The position numbers were made by a program, and so were the translations under genes. Below, piece after piece: positions 45,571-53,723 of a stretch of 64,000 nucleotides of DNA. The notes below the pieces were generated by a model. The model had not been told where the DNA came from and did not search any database. It saw only the letters and a program-made list of their open reading frames with translations. Within the stretch, counting starts at the first letter, position 1; every line of letters starts with the position of its first letter. The stretch is taken from the NCBI GenBank assembly GCA_040954595.2, contig CM082577.2:15507903-15571902 (forward strand), read 5' to 3'. Source of the DNA: Balanoglossus misakiensis (Eukaryota; Animalia; Hemichordata).

Positions 45571-47363
45571 TGCATTCCTGGCCCTGGTTTTATTTATGTT
45601 TACAGACAATATTGCATTTTTGTACAAGTATTTTAATCAACTATAAATTTTGAATGTGTCATTTACCTGAACCGGTCATGTTGACCAGAATGATACATTT
45701 CTGCCTTCACTCACCCTATAAATATGTGATTGAGACATAGGTCATTTGCATAAGCTAACATACCAGAAAGTAAGCATATCTGTTGTTTTCCCTGTGTCAC
45801 TGCCATCAAAGTAAAAATTAGACGTTGTGTAGAGCAAACTCCAATTTTTTGTTCTCAATAAACATGGATGAATTACATAGAATGTGTTTGTTGTTTACAG
45901 TCTTTAAATGACACATTAGATTATGCACTTTACAAAACGTTTCTGAGAAACAAGTGACTAACTAGTTTCTTTCCACTGTGGCCAACGTGGTTCACTGTTT
46001 GTGTCAGAATCTCTCTGTTTTGCAAGGATTTTGAAATCATAGTGGTGACATGCATAGTGAAAATCAGCTACTTTCAAATGTCCGTCATGTTCATGCTGTA
46101 ATTGAATTTTCAAAGCTGGGCTGGCGTGTTTTTTCTTATTTACATAAGTATCACACTTTATACATGTATCTTCATGGGGTTTTTTGAGTCCCGTATTTAG
46201 GTCCTCTCTCACAATTTTACGAAATATCGTATAACTGACAGTTGTTCTTCCCAGAAGAGATTGGTTGGTTATGAACTCTCGGTGTAACTGCGATATACTG
46301 TGGGCCGGCGCCAGGTACGGTTTAAATCGAGGATTCCTGCAGTAGTGAGATTCTACAATTCTGTGCCTGCGTACGTGTTCAGTGATATCAGTCAGCAAAT
46401 TTGGATTGAGTTTCCGACGATGCCCTTTGTGTCGGCCCCTTGCATCTGGCATCAGACCAGTAAAGTTCCATGTGCATTCCTGGCCCTGGTTTTATTTATG
46501 TTTACAGACAATATTGCATTTTTGTACAAGTATTTTAATCAACTATAAATTTTGAATGTGTCATTTACCTGAACCGGTCATGTTGACCAGAATGATACAT
46601 TTCTGCCTTCACTCACCCTATAAATATGTGATTGAGACATAGGTCATTTGCATAAGCTAACATACCAGAAAGTAAGCATATCTGATGTTTTCCCTGTGTC
46701 ACTGCCATCAAAGTAAAAATTAGACGTTGTGTAGAGCAAACTCCAATTTTTTGTTCTCAATAAACATGGATGAATTACATAGAATGTGTTTGTTGTTTAC
46801 AGTCTTTAAATGACACATTAGATTATGCACTTTACAAAACGTTTCTGAGAAACAAGTGACTAACTAGTTTCTTTCCACTGTGGCCAACGTGGTTCACTGT
46901 TTGTGTCAGAATCTCTCTGTTTTGCAAGGATTTTGAAATCATAGTGGTGACATGCATAGTGAAAATCAGCTACTTTCAAATGTCCGTCATGTTCATGCTG
47001 TAATTGAATTTTCAAAGCTGGGCTGGCGTGTTTTTTCTTATTTACATAAGTATCACACTTTATACATGTATCTTCATGGGGTTTTCTGAGTCCCGTATTT
47101 AGGTCCTCTCTCACAATTTTACGAAATATCGTATAACTGACAGTTGTTCTTCCCAGAAGAGATTGGTTGGTTATGAACTCTCGGTGTAACTGCGATATAC
47201 TGTGGTCCGGTGCCAGGTACGGTTTAAATCGAGGATTCCTGCAGTAGTGAGATTCTACAATTCTGTGCCTGCGTACGTGTTCAGTGATATCAGTCAGCAA
47301 ATTTGGATTGAGTTTCCGACGATGCCCTTTGTGTCGGCCCCTTGCATCTGGCATCAGACCAGT
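45558..47363. repeat. 902-bp direct tandem duplication of the 3' half and downstream region of the minus-strand transposase gene
   Basis: Stop codons at 45958 and 46860 are 902 bp apart. Both copies start agtaaagttcca(c/t)gtgcattcc. About 5 substitutions are visible between copies. Confidence 0.95.
45958..46460 (-). pseudogene. 5'-truncated duplicate of the transposase N-terminal-half gene
   Basis: 164 aa nearly identical to the C-terminal part of ORF 46860..47822 (D>A and R>K changes). It lacks the upstream part and the promoter. Confidence 0.8.
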
Positions 47364-47816
47364 TGAACAGTGCATCATTTTGCTTAGAACGGTTCTAGTC
47401 CGCCTCTCACTAATGCCAAATAATTTCAGGAATGCATTTTTGCAGACAGTAACCGTTTCACCGCCTTCATTCACCAGGTGATAACGAACCGATTTCTTGT
47501 GTGACTTCATCTGCATATCCATCAGTTTGTAGAGCATCAAGTTCTGTTCATTATACACGCGACCATCAAAATATTTTCTCGTGGTGCCTAAAACATGCGT
47601 ACTCCCAAGCTTCCGCATACAATTCCCTTGAACGCAGGCGCATTCCAAGGAAAGACTGTCAATATCTGGAAAAGGGCGATTTTTCCTTGGTTTTTGTCTC
47701 GGACACGTCTTTTTAGAATTCCTACGTGGCTTGTTGGCTCGAGCTGACAGTTCGGTTCTGCGTTGCTGCCACACAGGAATGGGTTCCCACGCATAAGCAA
47801 CTCCCCGGCAGGCCAT
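46860..47816 (-). CDS. Transposase N-terminal half (DNA-binding / Cys-His region), Sola-like
   Basis: Motifs CxC..C, VCKNAFLKLFGISERR, DARGRH, ESHYCR..YL, VSY..FRKI, KPHEDTCIKCD and H..A..HY occur in the order seen in the N-terminal half of Sola-type transposases. ATG at 47816 has Kozak context gaccATGG (the ORF track starts at a GTG, 47822). Confidence 0.8.
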   Translation of the reverse strand: MACRGVAYAWEPIPVWQQRRTELSARANKPRRNSKKTCPRQKPRKNRPFPDIDSLSLECACVQGNCMRKLGSTHVLGTTRKYFDGRVYNEQNLMLYKLMDMQMKSHKKSVRYHLVNEGGETVTVCKNAFLKLFGISERRTRTVLSKMMHCSTGLMPDARGRHKGHRRKLNPNLLTDITEHVRRHRIVESHYCRNPRFKPYLAPDHSISQLHREFITNQSLLGRTTVSYTIFRKIVREDLNTGLRKPHEDTCIKCDTYVNKKKHASPALKIQLQHEHDGHLKVADFHYACHHYDFKILAKQRDSDTNSEPRWPQWKETS

Positions 47817-47983
47817 GGTCACAGCTGAAGTATTTGTTCAAGTACTGACTGACTAAACGCGGCATGGAACAAACGAACGAACGACTTCACGTTCGGAAAA
47901 AAAATCGTTGCGAGCTGTTGGGTGCATGCCTCTATAGTTGTCGGCAACCGTTCTTTTTTATTGCTAAACAATGCTGTCAGAGC
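47817..47983. promoter_or_regulatory. Probable bidirectional promoter between the two transposase halves
   Basis: 167 bp between two divergent Kozak-context ATGs. Inferred from position only. Confidence 0.45.
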
Positions 47984-48997
47984 ATGGAAGGTGTGGTGGA
48001 AAACGAACAGAGGTTTTGTACGACCAACGATTGGATGGTGCTACATATGGACTTCCACAAGTCATTGCCGGTTCCTAAACTCAGCTCTGAAGACTTTTAC
48101 TTTAAATCGAAATTGCAAATGAAGCTCCTTGGAATTTACAACGGGACAACGGAAAAGATGCATTGTTATGTATGGACAGAGCTCGATAGCAGAAAGTCTC
48201 CCGATGAAGTTATTACCTGTCTAAATCACTTTTTTTATAACTCGGGTGTGACCAGCAGACATGCAGTTATTTACAGCGACAACTGCCGTGCCGAATTCAA
48301 GTGTGGGAAGTTAATGTTTTACTATGACTATCTGTTACGAAAGGGCGTGTTTCGACGAATTGACTATAAAACTCTTGTGGCTGGACACACGTACTCCACC
48401 TGTGACCGAGTTTTTGCGTCCATTGAAAGGCATGCAAGTCGTTTCCAGAGTATAGAGACACCTCACGATTGGACATCTGTGATTCGAGGATCTTCTCTGA
48501 ATGGGAACATTGGAGTTACGGAGATGACTCACAGAGACTTTTTCAATTATTCTGATTTCCTGAAAAATGAGTACGTTGTGCGTTATGCAGATACAAACAA
48601 TGTAACTTTTTACTACCAAGCCATGCACTATTTTAATTTTGGAGAAGGAGAAAGGCTTGATACCGACGGCAACCTCAGAACATTTAGTCATGCAGATAAA
48701 GTTTGGGTGAGAACATCTCTAGATCCAAGCGAGACCCCGATTGTAGTCGACTTTAGAAAGAAGAAGCAGAACCGGCGTTTACAAGATTGTACGCTGAACA
48801 AACTTTATCAGGAACGTCGACCACTGGCGAGCAAAGTTTGGCGGGATCTTCAGAGTTTAGCCAAAAATTACCTGTCTCCGGAGGCAATAGAATTTTATAG
48901 GAATCTACCGCTTCAGGAGAGTAGTGGCACCTCTGCAGACCCGTACGCCTTTCATGATGATGACGACGACGATGATGATGATATGGGCGGTGGTTGA
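47984..48997 (+). CDS. Transposase catalytic half (RNase H-fold DDD), Sola-like, with acidic tail
   Basis: Motifs MDFHKSLPVP, FYFKSKL, CYVWTE..RKSPDEVITCL, SDNC, GHTYSTCDRVFASIE, IETPHDW and MTHRDF; three candidate catalytic Asp are intact. Likely start agcATGG at 47984 (alternative 47864). AATAAA overlaps the stop (48997-49002). Confidence 0.85.
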   Translation: MEGVVENEQRFCTTNDWMVLHMDFHKSLPVPKLSSEDFYFKSKLQMKLLGIYNGTTEKMHCYVWTELDSRKSPDEVITCLNHFFYNSGVTSRHAVIYSDNCRAEFKCGKLMFYYDYLLRKGVFRRIDYKTLVAGHTYSTCDRVFASIERHASRFQSIETPHDWTSVIRGSSLNGNIGVTEMTHRDFFNYSDFLKNEYVVRYADTNNVTFYYQAMHYFNFGEGERLDTDGNLRTFSHADKVWVRTSLDPSETPIVVDFRKKKQNRRLQDCTLNKLYQERRPLASKVWRDLQSLAKNYLSPEAIEFYRNLPLQESSGTSADPYAFHDDDDDDDDDMGGG

Positions 48998-49157
48998 ATA
49001 AACTGTCCTTTTCATGACGACAGTGATTTTGGATATTTGATGTGCGTGCACAGTTTATATGTAATATTTTCACACGAACGAGTTTTGACTGAATTTGATT
49101 AAAGAATGTACTCGATAATTAACAAATGTGCTGAATCGTGGTTATTATGTTGTTAAT

Positions 49158-49199
49158 TTTTGTTTGTTTGTTTGTTTGTTTGTTTGTTTGTTTGTTTGT
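49158..49199. repeat. (TTTG)n microsatellite, about 10 units
   Basis: Read directly from the sequence. Confidence 0.95.
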
Positions 49200-49329
49200 A
49201 AACAATTTCCGTTCATTCAACTGGCTACAAAGTTGGATTTTTGTACTGGGAAGCGATAAACTCGCACATCAAAACCGGGGAGACTCGATCATTTTTCCCT
49301 GCAGGTAGCCTGAAAAGCACCCGGGCAGA

Positions 49330-49405
49330 GATTACGTCATATATGGTCCACTTTAATACGAAATTATGCAAATGTGACATTTCACGGAAACGGCGTATAT
49401 AAAAG
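49330..49405 (+). promoter_or_regulatory. Putative Pol II promoter of the SET gene
   Basis: CRE-like TTACGTCA (49332), octamer ATGCAAAT (49366-49373) and TATAAAAG (49398-49405), about 95 bp upstream of the ATG at 49497. Confidence 0.55.
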
Positions 49406-49496
49406 CGACCCTGGGCTATTGTTCGGAATGCGTCATCGACGAGAGAGTGACTGATAATTCTTCTACCTCGAGTCAACCATTCTGTATATACTGAAC

Positions 49497-50834
49497 ATGG
49501 CTAGCTGGCGCAGGAAGAGACAAGGCAATGTGCGGTCTGTAATCAACGAACGGCACCGCTCAGTTCAGTGTCCCTTTCTTCAAAAGTGGATCGGTGAGCA
49601 ATTGGTATTTTCAGGTCGTTCAGAGGATGAAGTCCAGTCCAGTACTGTATTTGAGAGCTACAAATGTTGGGTTGAAAACTATTCGTCGGCGGACAATCAA
49701 GTAATGATTATGGTTACTAAAGCTCGATTTTTCAAGGTGAGAATGATCGCATTTTTCTTTCCCCCCCCCCCCCTCCCTCCCTCCCTCCCCCAAGGGACTC
49801 GTTTTCTGTCTCTTTTAAACCTGTAACTTAACGAAAAGGAAGTTTTTCACATATCTCTTCGTTGACACTATAGCAATTTGGAGCGCGGATGCTTCAAGAG
49901 AAGAGCGTTACCAAATCAAAGTCGGCCGGGGTTAATATTTATAGAGGTGTTCGTCTGAAAGCTGGTTCGCGAAGAATCTCAACGGGGAAACCTGAGCACA
50001 GTGTACTTCAGACCAGGGCAAGGGCATTTCTTGATGACGCCAGCGTGACCGTTCCGATCGAGGTAAGAATGGTGTTTTGTTTGGACTAGGACAATAGAAC
50101 GTTGCAATGAGTGTGTCAATGGGTGTCCAAGTGCAAACGTGGTCTGCTTCTGTCCACAAATGCCATTAATTTTTGGCAGGATTTATAAAATTGTCAATGA
50201 AGAATACAAAAATGAAAAACAACAGTTAATAGCAAACTGGTAGGATTGCAAGGGCTTGTAAAACGGTACACACTGTACCAGGAAGTTTGCAACACTAATG
50301 AAGAATGTATATGATATATTTAGGTGAGAACTGTTCGCGATCGCCGGGACGCAGGACGGTGCGCGTTTTCGACGAGGGATATTCAAGCCTGGGACGTCGT
50401 CTGCGAATACCGGGGCACGGTTATTAGCGTTGAAGAAGCTAGTCGGCGTGATGAGCTTTACAGGGCAGAGGGGAAACGACCACGCATGTTCCATCTCTAC
50501 ATTGGAAAGAGACACGTTGTGTGAGTGTATCACTTAGTCGAATATATGGTCATATATTGCAAAGCATCTGTCGAAATAGAAAACGTAATATTGTCTATAT
50601 TTTCCTCATTAACGCAGCATTGACGGATACGATGTCCCAGCCGGTGAAGAAAATTTAGCAGGCCTAATAAATCACAGTCAGCAGAACGCCAACTTGGTAC
50701 CGGTTCGGATCGGAGAGCGCCTGGTTTTCTTTGCAACCAGGAATCTTTGTCAGGGAGTAGAGCTTTTGTATGATTACGGTGACGGGGGTGAAGAGGATTT
50801 CTTCAGTGGTTCTCAAACTTTTCCTGAAAATTAA
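49497..50834 (+). CDS. Spliced ~280-aa protein: winged-helix-like N-terminus plus SETD8/PR-Set7-like SET domain. Exons 49497-49736, 49874-50062, 50324-50520, 50618-50834
   Basis: All introns are GT-AG and the phases (0, 0, 2) join in frame. SET motifs: GRCAFSTRDI..WDVVCEYRG, EA.RR..LY, IDG, LAGLINHS, LVFFATRNL..G.ELLYDYGD. The N-terminal pattern FLQKWI..V....VFESYKCW..FFKQF..G..IYRGVRLK resembles RFX or D5-helicase C-terminal winged helices. Confidence 0.88.
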
Positions 50835-51737
50835 GGCATTAACACATCAACGCTTCGGGGTGTCGTAACGGCGGCGCGGCGGGGGGGGGGGGGACGTGAA
50901 AATGTTTGTATCAGGAACAAAATTCCCGTGCAAATCACCTTGATCCGGGTGGGTGGACTATTCGCGACAAATGTTGAAATCATACAAAGCATTTTACTTA
51001 ATTAACCCATTTTTTTCATTTATTTGTTTACAGTTTACAACGTCATAGAGAAGTTGAACTAGAGACTGGATCAGCGTGGGTGACACCATAGTACACCAAT
51101 GTTTTCTTCAGTTTGATTCAATTGTAATTTAAAACTGAGATTGCCTAACGCTTTCCCAGATTTTTTTAACCACTGAGAAACTGTGGGTTTTTTTCTGGGT
51201 TTTGGTGCGAGGTGATCTCAGTCAGTGGTGTTAATTTAATTAATCATTTTCTTTTCCTATTTACGTCGACTGAAATGTATTTTGATAGGTGATAGTCATA
51301 CCATAAAAAAAATCTTACGGCGCGACTGCCAAAATGTACATTTATTTGTCCGTTCCAAGTTATTTTGTGTATGTGTGATGGGTGCCGGTGACTGTGCAGG
51401 GTTGATTTCCCTAGAGCGACTGTTATATTCGTTTTCCAACGATGATGAATTTACATGTTATTTGCTTGGCATTTTGACGCAGAGACACTTCTGAAAACAC
51501 AAACCTATTAATTATGCCACGGGTGTAAATTGATCACATTAAAAGAGGCTTTAGACGTTTGCCGCGAGCTCCTGGTGGGCAGAATCTTGTCAGCCCAAAT
51601 TTGACTATAAGTACATAGCCAATGATGTGACGCTCTCCCACATCCTTCGCCGCGCCTTTTCGCTGATTTACAGCATCTTGCGTAAACACTGTCATTTGAT
51701 CTTGCTTGGCAGAAGTCAACTTGCTCTATACTACATT

Positions 51738-52103
51738 ATGGCGGCCAAGCTCAACTGCATATCAGATAATGCCAAGGAGCGTTTGAGAGGCATCCTCGCC
51801 AGAAGGAGTCGCGTTTCCGGTGACTGTGTGCTCTGGACGGGTGCAGCTTGTCGAAACGGCTATGGCTCTATTACGTTCAGAGATGAGAACACTCTAACCG
51901 CCTATGTCCATCACATTGCACTCCTAATTAACGGAGTGCAATTGGTGGGCAGGCGGTTAGAGTGTTCTCATCTTTGCAACGAAAAGCTATGCATCCGCCC
52001 AGAGCACATTGTCCAGGAAACGCGACTCCTAAACATTTCACGAAAGACGTGCTTTAAATCCCCAAAAGGGGAGTGTCACCACGATCCCAGGTGCCTAAGG
52101 TGA
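51738..52103 (+). CDS. His-Me finger (His-Cys box, I-PpoI-like zinc-binding loop) endonuclease, about 121 aa
   Basis: CVLWTG...NGYG, YVHH, SHLCNEKLCIRPEHIVQE...NISRKTC...C.H.PRC is the His-Cys box pattern. First ATG is at 51738 (attATGG). Confidence 0.88.
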   Translation: MAAKLNCISDNAKERLRGILARRSRVSGDCVLWTGAACRNGYGSITFRDENTLTAYVHHIALLINGVQLVGRRLECSHLCNEKLCIRPEHIVQETRLLNISRKTCFKSPKGECHHDPRCLR

Positions 52104-53080
52104 GTAATCCTCTTCTCATTTGATATGTATTGTGTGACCCTGCAGTTGAAACGCTTTCATCAATAATTTGCGGCGCGTGGGTAATCTCGGTGTTATTGAC
52201 AATGCAGCCGGCCCAAACATTTTTAAATTAACACTGTTTCTGACTGTATTAACGAAATGTCCAATTTGCAAGTAGCCTATAGACAACCCTTTTGAATGAG
52301 TTTTGTCTCGTTGAGATTTTATACATAAGGAACAATCTAGATTTATTTTAGAAGACACTGTTCTTTTAAAACAGCTAGCATAATACAGCTAAATTTCGGA
52401 ATTTCCGGACAATTTTCGGAATTCCTTTTAAATTTGAGAAATTTTTCATCAGATATAAGTGTTACTATTTATTGGACATGTTTTTATCATTGTTTACTTT
52501 TTAAGGTCATTCTCACCCCCCCCCCCCCCAAAAAAAGCCGCTTTAGGCTTCATGTTCAGTAAAAAATCTGGAAAGTTCAGCTGAATTTTACACTGATCAC
52601 ACATTTTTGGGAAGGTCTGGCGCAAAATAAAGGATGACAAATGTAAATCTAATGTCACATTTGTAAACCTCTAAGTATTGTACACTCATTCTATTAAGTA
52701 TATGCAAATAGTACGGATAATTTTTTCGGAATGTGGAATTCCGAAATTAGTTCGGAACGTGTTAGCAGTGAAGAGATCACCACTGAGGGTTGGAAGGCCT
52801 TGCCAGAAATTAACGCGTAAAGTACGCCCTCACAGGCCATGTAAACAAGGTCAAATAAGGCCGTCTGGCAAACGAATGATTAATTCAACGCGCCATTTGA
52901 GCCGAGCTGAGTTGGTCTGAGTTGCGTATCACACAGACTTAGGCTGAATGTCAGTGGAGTAACCAGTCCGTTTTAGATTTACCAATGATGTGAATTTAAT
53001 TTCTTCACCCAGAAAAACAGAACACAACTTGTCTGCAACATGATGCTGGAGGTGACACATGACAGAGAAGTGGATCCGCG

Positions 53081-53420
53081 TTGTCAACACAGATGCCAGC
53101 ATTCAAAAGGGGAGTGCCACCTGCTAAAATCAACTCATCTGCTGTTGGCCCATTTTACCTGTGGCAACTGTTCAGAGGAGACAACGTTTATTCCGTGCAA
53201 GCCAACACGCAATGTTGGGGTCTACCTGTCAACACAGATGCAAGCATTCATGTGAGTGAGTATCAGGACTGACCTTGTATTTGCTGAATAATTCATAATG
53301 CCTATTTTAGAATTCTTAGAGGCATTTGGAGTTCATTGCCTGGTCAACCAAACTACACCCCTTAACAGCTGAAACAAAATGCGTATTGTGTTCATTCATT
53401 CATTGCATCAATATATATAG
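53081..53420 (+). repeat. Diverged copy (about 1.3 units) of the satellite monomer inside the cassette
   Basis: Colinear matches: cacagatgccagcattca, cacctgctaaaatcaactcatctgctgttggcc, gaggag, cacagatgcaagcattcatgtgagtgag, gcctattttagaattctta, ttcattcattcattgcatcaatata. Confidence 0.9.
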
Positions 53421-53723
53421 GCAACATGAGTATCAAGTAGCACTATTTGTTTACGATTGTATTCATGAAAACTTCCCACTAACAATTCCACAGTTAATAT
53501 TGAACACATTTATCCAACAAGGTCAAAAGAAAAAGGGAATCTTCTGGTTCCAAAATACGCCACAAATGTGGGTCAACATACAGTGAAATATTATGGTGCT
53601 CAAATATGCAACATATCAAATCTGTCTCATCAAAGTCATGCTTTAAAAAAGAATTGAAAAGGTATTATTTATCCATTTGACTGCTGTATTTTCAGAAGGA
53701 AAACAAACTGAATTTGGTTTTTC

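Noticed and set aside
46300-49476. Short overlapping or antisense ORFs (46300, 47284, 47501, 47588, 47922, 48335, 48753, 49225)
   Set aside because: They are shadows of the real transposase genes or lie in intergenic DNA, and show no motifs.
50180-50239. Possible extra SET-gene exon (ggcag|gattt...aactg|gtagg)
   Set aside because: Entered in phase 0 from exon 2 it hits TAA at once, while exons 2 and 3 already join in frame.
52116-53586. ORFs at 52116, 52678, 53081 and 53326 as genes
   Set aside because: They are short, mostly have non-ATG starts and show no recognisable domains; those near 53.1-53.4 kb reflect the diverged monomer.
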